Below the pieces are notes generated by a model. The model saw only the letters and a program-made list of their open reading frames with translations. It did not search any database and was not told where the DNA came from. A program made the translations under genes and the position numbers. From Verrucomicrobiota bacterium (GTDB lineage Bacteria; Verrucomicrobiota; Kiritimatiellia; CAJWTS01): 64,000 nucleotides of DNA. How positions within the stretch are numbered: the first letter of the stretch is position 1; every line of letters starts with the position of its first letter. Positions 47,103-56,317 of the stretch are shown piece after piece. The stretch spans positions 27,209 to 91,208 of the forward strand of contig JAQBYD010000006.1 in assembly GCA_027623315.1 (NCBI GenBank), in the 5' to 3' direction.

Positions 47103-47939
47103 TCACGCCTCTTCGGCGTTGCCGTGCCGCAGGCGCGTAAGCTTTGCCTGCAGTCCTTTGGGGAGGTGCTCGAAGACGCGATCCGCGATCGCCCCGAGGG
47201 CCGGGCGCATGGTGACCAGATCTCCGGAAAAGCGTCGCAGCGGGCTGTGTACGACGGCGCGGTAGCGGGTGCTGCGGTTGAGTCGTGCGGCCGAACCCGC
47301 GACATCGCCGACGCTTCCGTGGATGACCTTGACGCGTGCGCCATTTCCGAGGAATCCCGGCGCCAGTGTGCGCAGATTGTATTCCATCGGCAGGATCAGG
47401 AAGCGCAGCTCCGAGCGATAGAGCGCCTCGCGAAACGCATGCTGATCGTGGCGCGGAGTCTCGGGGCGAGTCATCTGGTCGGCATAGGTGCGCGGCCAAT
47501 CCTCGAGAAAGTCCCATACCGCATCGCTGCGACGGTAGCCAATGACGCCCGTGTTCGGCTCAGGAAAGGCATCGGGACAGTCCGCCACGGGATACGGATA
47601 CCGATTGGGTGCATAGGCGACGGTCACATCGAAGCGGAGCAGCGCTTCAAAAACATCGGCGATGCTTTCGCATACGTAGGTGTCGGTATCGAGCATGATC
47701 GTGCGCTCGTAGGGGGTTTCGCGCAGGGCGTGCATCTTGTCGAGGCAGGATCGCGTCACGTCGCGCAGGAGGACCGCGCTGTGAAAGGGACGGGGCGGGT
47801 CTTGCGCCGCGGACACATCGTCTGTGAAGAGCGTCAGCGGGGTCTCCGGCATCACGCGCATCACCGATTGCGCCGAGTCGATGGCTTCCTGGAGATGCCG
47901 CGGGCCGGTGGCGATGTAGATGATGCCCGTTTCAGTCAT
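47103..47939 (-). CDS. Putative nucleotide-diphospho-sugar transferase (GT-A-like, DxD)
   Basis: ATG at 47939 (MTETGIIYIATGPRHLQEAIDSAQSV...). IMLDTDTYV DxD-type motif. 8-nt overlap with the upstream gene. The family is not resolved. Confidence 0.45.
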   Translation of the reverse strand: MTETGIIYIATGPRHLQEAIDSAQSVMRVMPETPLTLFTDDVSAAQDPPRPFHSAVLLRDVTRSCLDKMHALRETPYERTIMLDTDTYVCESIADVFEALLRFDVTVAYAPNRYPYPVADCPDAFPEPNTGVIGYRRSDAVWDFLEDWPRTYADQMTRPETPRHDQHAFREALYRSELRFLILPMEYNLRTLAPGFLGNGARVKVIHGSVGDVAGSAARLNRSTRYRAVVHSPLRRFSGDLVTMRPALGAIADRVFEHLPKGLQAKLTRLRHGNAEEA

Positions 47940-48747
47940 CTTGCGCAGTCTCCAGCTCGGTCTCCCCGCGCGCATCGCGAACCCGTTTCTGAACGTCCTT
48001 TTCCAAGGCGTAGAGGTCTGGCGGCGGCCCGACCGACTTCTTGCCGGGCCGGGATTCGTTGACGCGATTGCGATGGTACACCAGGTACTGCAACCATCCG
48101 CGCAGGGACGGCCCAGGCAGCTCCAATTGTTTGATCAGAAATCGAAATCCACGCAGGCGCGAAATCCCGGCAAGCGTCACGCGCACGTAACGGCAACCCT
48201 GTTCGCGACAGAGGGTTTCGTAGACATCCGTACGCCTGGCCATTTCCAGGCAGTACCAGTAACAGACCTGGTAGTCATTCAACTCCCCGCCGCCACGGAT
48301 GGGCAGCACGTTCGGGTCATCCGGAGACAGGTAGAAGCGCAGCCCCTTGTCTGAGCGCCCGGGGATGGTGCCCAGTCCGACCATACTCAGCGCGACCTCG
48401 CGCGCGGGCCGCGAGAGCGCGACGATGTCCGGCCGCAGGCCAAGGTTCAGCATCGGCTCGAGGAATCCCTTGCAAAAGAGGTGGCTGGTTTCGACGTAGG
48501 TCGGCATGGGGGAGGCTGCCACACCGGTCAGCTTGCGTGAGAGGAGGAACTGCGTTGCTTCGGCCGGCGAACGTAGCGCGCTACGCATCACGTCCGCGAA
48601 CTCTGGAGCCGGCTCGTGGTGACTGTCGATGTGCGGTAAGAATTTGAAAAGTTCGGCCAGGTACGCCGTGCCACAGCGGCCGGTGGCCACACTGAAAATC
48701 AGCCTTTTGCCGGTGAGCCCTTCCGGCAGATCGGGGTGAGAGGTCAT
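47932..48747 (-). CDS. Sulfotransferase-like protein
   Basis: ATG at 48747 in ATGA overlap with the upstream GT4 stop (MTSHPDLPEGLTGKRLIFSVATGRCGTAYLAELF). The RCGT P-loop-like 5'-PSB motif matches Sulfotransfer_3-type enzymes. Confidence 0.55.
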   Translation of the reverse strand: MTSHPDLPEGLTGKRLIFSVATGRCGTAYLAELFKFLPHIDSHHEPAPEFADVMRSALRSPAEATQFLLSRKLTGVAASPMPTYVETSHLFCKGFLEPMLNLGLRPDIVALSRPAREVALSMVGLGTIPGRSDKGLRFYLSPDDPNVLPIRGGGELNDYQVCYWYCLEMARRTDVYETLCREQGCRYVRVTLAGISRLRGFRFLIKQLELPGPSLRGWLQYLVYHRNRVNESRPGKKSVGPPPDLYALEKDVQKRVRDARGETELETAQDD

Positions 48748-49868
48748 CGGGCTTCGTTTGCCAGTTCTGAGAAGAGCACGGCGTGTCGCTGCAGCCACTC
48801 TCGCACGTCAAAGAGCTCCATAGCGCGTGCGCGTGCGCGGGTCGAGTATCCCTCATAGTCCTCCATGATATTGCGCATCGCGTGTGCGAGAAGAATCGGG
48901 TCCGGAGGGGTGTCCACCGCAAAGTCGATGATTCCGGGGACGGCGAGCCCTGCGTCACGTCCGACCAGTTCGGGGACCCCACCGGTATCCGAATAGACCA
49001 CCGGCAGGCCGCACGACATGGCTTCTACCACAAGTCGCGGAGATGGGTCGTTGACCTTCGTGTGCAGGAGTAGATGGGAGTTCGACAGGACGGAGGCCGC
49101 GGCTTGTTGGGTATAGGGACCGATGATGGTGATATGGCCCTCCAGTTCAAGGTCGTTGATCATGGCGTCCAATTCACCGCGCGCCACGGACTCATCGCGG
49201 TGCCAGCACAGGCGCCCCGCGATCGTGAGGTGGATCTTTCCCCGGCCACGCAGGATGGATCGCGTGGCCTGCAGGGCACAGTCGAGGCGATAGCGACTCC
49301 AAAAACTTCCGGCGCACAGGACGCGCAGGCCGTCCGAGAGAGGTGGCCGGTCATCTGAGGGGAGGAAACGATCGGTGGGGACCGGATTGTGCCAGATCTG
49401 CCAGCCACAGGTCGGCGTGCAGAGGAACTCCTCGGCGGACAGTTTGCAGAATTCACTCTGGTATACCACGTGATCCGCGAGTTGAAGGAGTTCGCGCATC
49501 GGCGCGTTGGCTTCGTGCCAGCCTTTCCCGTACCAGCCCGGGTAGTGCACGCCGTTTTGGTTAATCACGATCTTCGCGCCCGCCTCCTTGGCCCAGGTCG
49601 CCATGCGCACCGGAAAGTAGGGCAGGGCACTGCTAACCAGGTAGAGGATATTTGCGCCGCATGGCGTGTTGGGAAACCGTTCGGCGAGATCCTGAAGTTT
49701 GATCAAGCCTCCGCCCGCAATCTCATCCACACCCGGAATCGTATCGTGTCCATAGAAGATATGGGGTTGACCGTCTCGCTGGATTTGCGACCAGCGCCGG
49801 CGTTCGCCGGCATGCGTCGTCAGTTTGATCCGGACAAGGTTGAGGCGGTCGAGCAACGTCTGTTTCAT
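48744..49868 (-). CDS. Family 4 glycosyltransferase
   Basis: 374 aa. C-terminal LLHTKVNDPSPRLVVEAMSCGLPVVYSDTGGVPELV (GT4 EX7E region). Confidence 0.8.
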   Translation of the reverse strand: MKQTLLDRLNLVRIKLTTHAGERRRWSQIQRDGQPHIFYGHDTIPGVDEIAGGGLIKLQDLAERFPNTPCGANILYLVSSALPYFPVRMATWAKEAGAKIVINQNGVHYPGWYGKGWHEANAPMRELLQLADHVVYQSEFCKLSAEEFLCTPTCGWQIWHNPVPTDRFLPSDDRPPLSDGLRVLCAGSFWSRYRLDCALQATRSILRGRGKIHLTIAGRLCWHRDESVARGELDAMINDLELEGHITIIGPYTQQAAASVLSNSHLLLHTKVNDPSPRLVVEAMSCGLPVVYSDTGGVPELVGRDAGLAVPGIIDFAVDTPPDPILLAHAMRNIMEDYEGYSTRARARAMELFDVREWLQRHAVLFSELANEAR

Positions 49869-51583
49869 GTCGATTCCTCCAGTAGACGACGGGCAAGATC
49901 AACGTACTGCATGGTGACTTCCTGAAAAGTTCGAACGTAGATCATCCGTCGGTAGACGCCGACCCGGTCGGCCATACGGTCGAGTTGGCCGAGTATATCC
50001 GATTCGTCGGTAAAGGGAAGCCCGGCGAACCCGACCAGCGTCGCATTGCCGCCTGTGTCACGGTAGAGCGCGGGGCAACCGCATGCCATGGCTTCCAGGA
50101 GTGCGTTGGAACAGGGCTCGTTCATGCTGGCCGATATGAAGATGTCGTGTTGTCGAAGCAGGGCCGCGAGACGTCGTGACGACACGGCGGGGACGTGCCG
50201 GATATTCTCGAACGTCTCCTGGGTCCGTCCGACAAAGGTGTAGTCGAAGCGATCCCAGTCCAGGTGTTGATCGAGCCACTTCAGCAGGGGTCCGCCCTTC
50301 AAGGGGTTTGGGGACCACGCAGAGGTAATCAGACGAATCTTGTCTCCGGTCCGTGTGGGCTTTCGTCCGTTCTGGTTGAAAATCACGTTGTCGACGCCGT
50401 TGATCAGAATCACCGGTCGAACGGCATCATATCCGATCTCGTGATGTTTCTGCATGCAGTACGGTGACTGGTAGACGGTGGCGTCGGCGTACTTCTGGTT
50501 GAAAGCGTGGATTTTGTGGTCTGCTTCGAAGTCGGCGTCGCGGTAGAACGCAACCGGGCCATCCACGCGATGGATCAGCTTGGGCTGGTGCTTGTCCAAT
50601 AGTTTTTCGAGCCGATCCGCGTTGAAGTTCGCCGAGTTGCAGATCACGACCGAGGACGGCCCGGCGAGGCGATTCGTGAGCACGCGCGCACCGAGGCGGG
50701 TCAGTTCTTTTCGTAGTGCGTTCATGAACTGATTCCCGCCGCCCCACGGAGGTCGATGGAACTCGTGCCATAGTGAGAACGTGAGCCCGAATCCCGGGCG
50801 ATGGGCAACCAGGGCGCGGCGCGCGCGATTCACGAACTGCCCGAGCGCTGCGGGGGACGCCCCGGCACGGGTGGCCGGCGCGCGTCGCGCTTGAACGGGC
50901 GGTACTCGGTCGAGTTCGGACAGCAATTTGCGCAGCGGACCGATCGCTGCACTTGGCGTGTGGAGCTCGCGGATGCGGGCCAGGTGCGCTGCGCAGGTTT
51001 GCGCCAGGTCGCCCGGACGCTCACAGAATGCATGAAGCTTTGCGAGGCCGTCTTCGAAACTGTCGAAGAAGCAGGTCTCATCGAGGATGTCGAGTGCGGC
51101 GCCGACGCGCGTGCAGAGGATTGGCGTCTGCGTCGCTGCGGATTCGAGCGCCGAGCGCGGTCCGCCCTCCCACCGACTGCTAATCAGGTGCAGGTCGGAG
51201 GCGTGGTAGAGCAAGTTCATCGTCTTGGCAGCGAGTACATTAAGCGGCATGTCATCATGCGTAGTCTCTTCGCCGACGAAAGTGAACGGGACGCCGCGGT
51301 CGCGCAGGCGTTCGCGAATCCAGTGCCTGCGAGGTCCCGCGAGCAGAACGTGGATCGGGTGCCCGGCCTCGAAGCACGCGGCGAGGAGTTCAAGCAGAAG
51401 CTCCGTGGCTTTCTGTTCCTTGGGGCGAGAGAGATCCGATCCCAGAGTGTCTCGCATGAAGTTACTGATAACGATTCGGTTCGGTGGAATGTCAAAGCGC
51501 TCACACAGCGCTTCGCGAGTCAATCCGTCCGGCGGTTGCGCGGTGAAGTGAGTCGGGTCAACGCAATAGTAGATGCGAAGCAT
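49865..51583 (-). CDS. Two-module glycosyltransferase (tandem GT-B/GT4-like halves)
   Basis: 572 aa. The first half ends with a GT4-like C-terminal region ([38 protein letters not shown]). The second half holds another one ([32 protein letters not shown]). Confidence 0.65.
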   Translation of the reverse strand: MLRIYYCVDPTHFTAQPPDGLTREALCERFDIPPNRIVISNFMRDTLGSDLSRPKEQKATELLLELLAACFEAGHPIHVLLAGPRRHWIRERLRDRGVPFTFVGEETTHDDMPLNVLAAKTMNLLYHASDLHLISSRWEGGPRSALESAATQTPILCTRVGAALDILDETCFFDSFEDGLAKLHAFCERPGDLAQTCAAHLARIRELHTPSAAIGPLRKLLSELDRVPPVQARRAPATRAGASPAALGQFVNRARRALVAHRPGFGLTFSLWHEFHRPPWGGGNQFMNALRKELTRLGARVLTNRLAGPSSVVICNSANFNADRLEKLLDKHQPKLIHRVDGPVAFYRDADFEADHKIHAFNQKYADATVYQSPYCMQKHHEIGYDAVRPVILINGVDNVIFNQNGRKPTRTGDKIRLITSAWSPNPLKGGPLLKWLDQHLDWDRFDYTFVGRTQETFENIRHVPAVSSRRLAALLRQHDIFISASMNEPCSNALLEAMACGCPALYRDTGGNATLVGFAGLPFTDESDILGQLDRMADRVGVYRRMIYVRTFQEVTMQYVDLARRLLEEST

Positions 51584-51589
51584 CGGCTT

Positions 51590-51802
51590 GCCCAGGTCGC
51601 TCAGGATCCTCGCCGCCTCGTCAAGCTGGGCAAGCAGTCACGCCCCAAAATAAAACTGGGCATCTGCGGCGAACACGGTGGCGACCCCAAGTCCGTGGAG
51701 TTCTGCCACCACGTCGGTCTGAACTACGTGTCCTGCAGCCCCTACCGCGTGCCGATCGCACGACTCGCCGCTGCGCACGCCGCGCTGAAGAGCACGAAAT
51801 AG
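51590..51802 (+). pseudogene. ppdK: 3'-terminal remnant (~65-70 codons) of pyruvate phosphate dikinase gene
   Basis: The + frame reads ...[62 protein letters not shown]. This matches the conserved PPDK C-terminus ([19 protein letters not shown].[24 protein letters not shown]). Everything upstream in this frame is antisense to the GT gene. The 5' boundary is approximate. Confidence 0.7.
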
Positions 51803-51823
51803 CCCCAGTCCCACAGGATTGCA

Positions 51824-51860
51824 AAAGCGCACGAGGTATACGCGCCTCGTGCGCTTTTTT
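51824..51860 (+). terminator. Rho-independent terminator downstream of the ppdK remnant
   Basis: aaaGCGCACGAGG-tatacgcg-CCTCGTGCGC followed by TTTTTT, 22 nt after the TAG stop. A perfect 10-bp GC-rich stem. Confidence 0.75.
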
Positions 51861-52256
51861 GTGTGCCGGTCCAAGCCCCTGCTGACCGTCGCGTGGGGTT
51901 GACTCGCAAACTTTTGTCTGCAATGGATGATCTGCGCCGAAAACTTCGTGCGATCACAGGTCGTTGCGTCACGATCTTGCGCTGCAGACCGCGGTTGATC
52001 GCGACCGGGATTTGAGCAGCGGCTGGTCAAAGCAGAATGCAAGCGTACCAAACCCGTCTGTTTTTCCCACAACCACAAAGCCCGAACAAGGCCATTTCAA
52101 TCCACTGAAGCTGTAGCACATATCCACGCATCGCGCTTAATGTGCGGCACTGCAGCGCTATAAAGCGATGAGTAGGCCCACGGTGCTGTCCGTCATGAGG
52201 ATAGGTAGAGCGTGGTCCGCTTTTCTTTTGGAGGAAAATGGTAACTACTCAGGTAG

Positions 52257-52271
52257 GCAGGGTTCAGGGTT
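52257..52271. repeat. Left arm of 15-bp perfect inverted repeat (cagggttcagggttc)
   Basis: Tandem heptamer agggttc x2. The exact reverse complement occurs at 52671-52685. Confidence 0.8.
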
Positions 52272-52283
52272 CGGGAGGAAGAG

Positions 52284-52676
52284 ATGGAAACGTATCGACG
52301 CTTAGAAGACTGGGTCGTCGATCAGAAACTTTGTCGTCTGCCCATTGAGATAGGCGCACTTACCCACCGGTGGCCAGCGGAGGAGAAGTACGATGATCGG
52401 CACGTTCGCAACACGATCGAGGGAGTCAACAGAAGCCGGGGAGAGGCGGCGGAGACTGTGCATCACCTGTACATGGCCCACCTCAAAGGATATGAAACTC
52501 AGACGACGCACGAGGAGTATCGCGTTCGATATCAGGAGTGCATCCGGATGCTCAACGATATGGAACGTACTCTTGAAAAGCAATTGCCGGAGTCCGAGCG
52601 TCGCTGGCCCAATGTGTCCGTGCGGGAAGATGGCGAAACCTATGGAGCCTCCGCTTTTGGATTTCCTGAACCCTGA
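52284..52676 (+). CDS. Small hypothetical protein (130 aa) bracketed by the inverted repeats
   Basis: ATG 52284 preceded by GGGAGGAAGAG, a strong SD. Charged helical protein METYRRLEDWVVDQKL... The stop codon TGA lies inside the right IR. Confidence 0.5.
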   Translation: METYRRLEDWVVDQKLCRLPIEIGALTHRWPAEEKYDDRHVRNTIEGVNRSRGEAAETVHHLYMAHLKGYETQTTHEEYRVRYQECIRMLNDMERTLEKQLPESERRWPNVSVREDGETYGASAFGFPEP

Positions 52677-52685
52677 ACCCTGAGT
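52671..52685. repeat. Right arm of 15-bp perfect inverted repeat (gaaccctgaaccctg)
   Basis: Reverse complement of 52257-52271. The two arms are 399 bp apart. Confidence 0.8.
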
Positions 52686-53013
52686 AGTTGCGGAAAATGT
52701 ATGCAAACGACATACCCGTGGCCGGCCAACAGACTCGCTCAGTTATTTAAAACCATTGCCCAAAATGAAAGTCTCAACGCAATCAACCTGATGAACAAGG
52801 GCAACGTAAACCTGATCCTGAATCGACCCAGCGGCACGGCAGCCTGTATTGCCAAAGTCAAAATGCGTTCGGAGGCTATATGGCGCAGTCTTCCGATTAT
52901 CATTACCGGGCCCGCGGCGCGAGCCGCTATTGATGCCAGTGGCTTTGTCCGGAAAAACGACGGGGTGTTTCCCGCATCCGGGAATACCTTGTTAGTCCTT
53001 AAAGGGTTCGGAC

Positions 53014-54195
53014 TTGTTCTTGCGGTCATGCATCGCAGGCACTATTTTAGACTCCGTGAATATCCTGACCGCATATGCATGGTTTAAGCCCACGGGCATG
53101 GGTTCACGCATGCACCGTACTATGGAGCTGCTGGCCGAGTACGGTCATGACGTGGATTGGGTCGGCGTGTCCCCGCCTCCGATAAAAAGCCGTCAACTGC
53201 ACTTCCACCGTTTGTTTGAATGGCATGACAGCCCCAATCACCGGAAGCTCTATTTCTGGTTCAGGTACCATGCCGCCGCGATCAATGCCTGCAACCGGCT
53301 CTCCCGATCGAAACCCTATGCCGGCTTTGTATCTTTTACGGTAAGCGCGGCCTTTCCTCTAATCCGTGCAGTCAAACGGTCTGACAAGCCGTTCATTGTA
53401 TTCATCCGGTCGAATGAGATGGTCGAAAACAGGATAAAAGGGGTGACGGCTCCTCTCCAGTGGCTGGTAAACAAAGCTTCGAAAAAGGTTATTGAAGCCG
53501 CCTCCACGCTTGTATTCGTGAATCAGACCCTGCTTGATCGCTACTGTGAAGCCTATGGACCCCACATACGAAAGCGGTCTTTGGTCCTGTACAATGATCT
53601 GCCTGAAGTTCCGTTAGCCGCGTCTTCCCACACATCTATACCGGAGGTTAAAAAGGCACCCCTTGCTGTCGTCTGCGGACGGCTTGATAAAAATAAAAAT
53701 ATCGCCCTGGTGCTGCGCGCTATGACGGGCGATATCGCCAATGCATGGCACCTGCTGATTGTTGGAGACGGACCTGAGCGCAGCGGACTGGAGGAGTTGG
53801 TTCAGTCATTGAACTTAGCGGAAAGGGTCAAGTTTGCGGGATGGAGCAATGATGCCCCTGGCCTGACGGCACAGGCTGACTGCTTTATTCTGCCTTCGTA
53901 CAGCGAGGGTGTTTCCAATGCGCTTCTGGAAGCGCTGGCATGCAAAAAACCCTGTCTCGTCAGTGACATCCCCGAACACCGGGAGCTTTTCCCTGACGGA
54001 GAGAACCTGTTCAATCCAGATCAACCCGAAACACTTTCCCGCATGCTGGCCGCCCTTTTTAGCGACGACCCATTGGCGGATCGAATCAGAGCCGCATGTC
54101 GGGAGGCTGAACTGTTATTCCCGACCGACTGGGATTCGGAAGCCTATCGCATTATTACCACGGCGATGAATTGCACTGAGAGTCATGGGATATGA
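53014..54195 (+). CDS. Family 4 glycosyltransferase
   Basis: The track start 53014 is TTG. Alternative starts are GTG 53056 or ATG 53098. The start is uncertain. C-terminal FILPSYSEGVSNALLEALACKKPCLVSDIPEHRELF (EX7E region). Confidence 0.7.
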   Translation: MFLRSCIAGTILDSVNILTAYAWFKPTGMGSRMHRTMELLAEYGHDVDWVGVSPPPIKSRQLHFHRLFEWHDSPNHRKLYFWFRYHAAAINACNRLSRSKPYAGFVSFTVSAAFPLIRAVKRSDKPFIVFIRSNEMVENRIKGVTAPLQWLVNKASKKVIEAASTLVFVNQTLLDRYCEAYGPHIRKRSLVLYNDLPEVPLAASSHTSIPEVKKAPLAVVCGRLDKNKNIALVLRAMTGDIANAWHLLIVGDGPERSGLEELVQSLNLAERVKFAGWSNDAPGLTAQADCFILPSYSEGVSNALLEALACKKPCLVSDIPEHRELFPDGENLFNPDQPETLSRMLAALFSDDPLADRIRAACREAELLFPTDWDSEAYRIITTAMNCTESHGI

Positions 54196-55343
54196 AGATT
54201 CTATATTTTCATACAGGCCGGGTAGAGGCGCGGCAGGCCAATCTTACTCAAACGCTACAGATGGTTACCGCGTTCACGGAACTGGGCCACGCAGTGACAT
54301 TAGCGTTGAACACATCGCGCTGCACCCAGGCAGAGGGTGAACAGATAGTGAAGGAGCAGCTCAATCTCACCGAACTGCCATTTCTGATCAAAATCTACAA
54401 AGGGCGGTCTCTATGTGGGCGGTTTCGATCTCTGGGCGCCGCGGATGCAGCCCTCAAGCTAAGCCAAGAGACCCGCTATGATTTCATTTTTGTTCGAAAC
54501 CCGCTTCCCTTGCCCCTTTTAAAGAAGGCCGCCTGCCCGGTGATATTTGAGGCGCACCATACAGACTGCTTCGATAAGCTCCCGTTTTTTGATTGGTGGT
54601 GGCGCCGTCGAATCGTCGCCCTGGCGTGCTCGGATCAAATGCCCGTTATGATTGCCATATCGCAGGCCCTTGCAAATTGGTGGACCGCGGCGGGTGTGCC
54701 GTCCAGTAAAGTGCTGGCGCTGCATGATGCCGTCAATCCGACCTTTATCCCGGCCGGTCTGGATCAGATGTCGGCCCGCAAAGAACTCGAACTTGCCGCT
54801 GAGCGACCTGTTGTGCTTTACGCCGGCAGTTTATATGCCGATCGGGGGGCTGACACAATTCTGCGTCTTGCGGATATGCGCAGGGATGCCTTGTTTGTTG
54901 TGGTGGGTGGACCTGAGGAAACAGCGAAAGCGTTAGCGGCGAAAGCGGAAAAGACACAAATTGAGAATATCCGTTTTGAGGGGCGTGTTCCTCATTACCG
55001 TATCGCGCACTATCTTGCGGCCGCCGATATTCTGCTCATGGTCTGGTCATGGAAGGTCAAAACCATTCATTACTGCAGCCCATTGAAATTATTCGAATAT
55101 ATGCTGGCTGAGCGTGAGATAGTCGGGCAGGCATTCCCGACTATTCTGGAGGTCATAGAGGACGGTGTGCATGCGCGACTTGCGGATCCGGACTCCTTCG
55201 AGGATTTAGTGGATAAGCTGAGCGGAGCGCTAGACCATCCGAATCCGGAATTAGCCCGGGCGGCACGCGTGCTGGTAATTCGGGAATATACCTGGCAAAA
55301 CCGTTGCAGGCAGATTATTGAAGCGTTTGAAGGACCCCTATGA
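54192..55343 (+). CDS. Family 4 glycosyltransferase
   Basis: 383 aa. MKILYFH... N-terminus, C-terminal GT-B region. ATGA overlap with the previous GT4. Confidence 0.8.
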   Translation: MKILYFHTGRVEARQANLTQTLQMVTAFTELGHAVTLALNTSRCTQAEGEQIVKEQLNLTELPFLIKIYKGRSLCGRFRSLGAADAALKLSQETRYDFIFVRNPLPLPLLKKAACPVIFEAHHTDCFDKLPFFDWWWRRRIVALACSDQMPVMIAISQALANWWTAAGVPSSKVLALHDAVNPTFIPAGLDQMSARKELELAAERPVVLYAGSLYADRGADTILRLADMRRDALFVVVGGPEETAKALAAKAEKTQIENIRFEGRVPHYRIAHYLAAADILLMVWSWKVKTIHYCSPLKLFEYMLAEREIVGQAFPTILEVIEDGVHARLADPDSFEDLVDKLSGALDHPNPELARAARVLVIREYTWQNRCRQIIEAFEGPL

Positions 55344-55345
55344 AA

Positions 55346-56245
55346 CTATGTCCCGGAATAGCCCAGTTTTCGATTCAGGGGGCCTGCTGTTCGCTCAAAG
55401 ACAGCTAAATCCTTTTCGGTCAGCCTGCTTTTCCATGTCTCTACATTTACGATTTTATCTTCACCGCTGAACCGCATCCTGTTTCCACCGATAAGGTGCC
55501 GCTCCCGGCCTCTTAAGTGCAGTATATCCTCTGTGTAGGGTTTTTCCAGAAAGTCTGCGAGTTCACGCATGGTACTTTCCGGGTCGCGGCAAAGATCTTC
55601 ATACCGCAGTGCTTTCAGGTTCATGGAAGGGCCGGATCTAAATATGGATCCCGCCATCCGGTTGTCGTGGAGCCATGTTTTGGCAGCACGCTCTGCCGGC
55701 ACCTCTTTACGCATGGCGGAGGCCATGACGGCGCGCCCATCCCGAATTAGATGAATCACCCGTGCATTGCGCGGGAGCCGGGTCCTCAACCATTGCGCTG
55801 TCATAATGGACTTCGATGAATCGACAACGGCCTCGGCGGGTGCCGTTTTCAGGACGGCATCATAGAGCCGGATCATATTTTTGAGGATTGCATCGCTGCC
55901 AAATCCGGCGCAGCCCTGTGGGTGAATGACCGCGGAAGCCAGCCGGGCATAAAAGCTGAGCTTCTGGAGTTGGTTGTTTCGCTCGGCTTCGAGGGAGAGG
56001 CGGAAGGCATTTATGGTTTGATCGGCCGCTGTATCCCCCGCCAGCCCCAGTTCGTCTAAAATGGGATTCCAGAAGGGGCATGTTTGCGGTGGTTTCCCGC
56101 AGGTGCAGTGTTCATGCGTTTTGAGGAACAGAGGCAGCCATTTCACTTCACCCAGCGAGACGGTGCCGGACATGTTTCCTATAAGCAAATCCAGAAGCGT
56201 GGATCCACTGTGCCCCGAACTGAAAATGTATATGTATCGAACCAT
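55346..56245 (-). CDS. Sulfotransferase (Sulfotransfer_3-like, P-loop 5'-PSB)
   Basis: ATG at 56245 gives MVRYIYIFSSGHSGSTLLDLLIGN, a PAPS 5'-phosphosulfate-binding loop. The track start at 56296 is GTG. 3'-PB-like RDGRAVMAS. Converges with the upstream GT4 (3-nt gap). Confidence 0.65.
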   Translation of the reverse strand: MVRYIYIFSSGHSGSTLLDLLIGNMSGTVSLGEVKWLPLFLKTHEHCTCGKPPQTCPFWNPILDELGLAGDTAADQTINAFRLSLEAERNNQLQKLSFYARLASAVIHPQGCAGFGSDAILKNMIRLYDAVLKTAPAEAVVDSSKSIMTAQWLRTRLPRNARVIHLIRDGRAVMASAMRKEVPAERAAKTWLHDNRMAGSIFRSGPSMNLKALRYEDLCRDPESTMRELADFLEKPYTEDILHLRGRERHLIGGNRMRFSGEDKIVNVETWKSRLTEKDLAVFERTAGPLNRKLGYSGT

Positions 56246-56317
56246 GTTCGCGTCAGTTCGAAATAGTAATGAAGTGCGTGGTCTGCTGCGGATCACTTCT
56301 TTCGAATAGCCTTTGCA

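Noticed and set aside
46432-48062. Plus-strand ORFs 46432..47265 (277 aa) and 47124..48062 (312 aa)
   Set aside because: Antisense to GT2 and GT-A-like genes that have clear motifs. Low-complexity composition.
50801-51589. Upstream ~260 codons of plus ORF 50801..51802
   Set aside because: Antisense to the two-module GT. Only the last ~65-70 codons, the ppdK remnant, are genuine coding sequence.
52701-53087. Plus ORF 52701..53087 (128 aa) between the IR element and the GT4
   Set aside because: No motif, and it overlaps the probable start region of the GT4. It might be the frameshifted N-terminal end of that GT4, but I could not align the two convincingly, so it is left uncalled.
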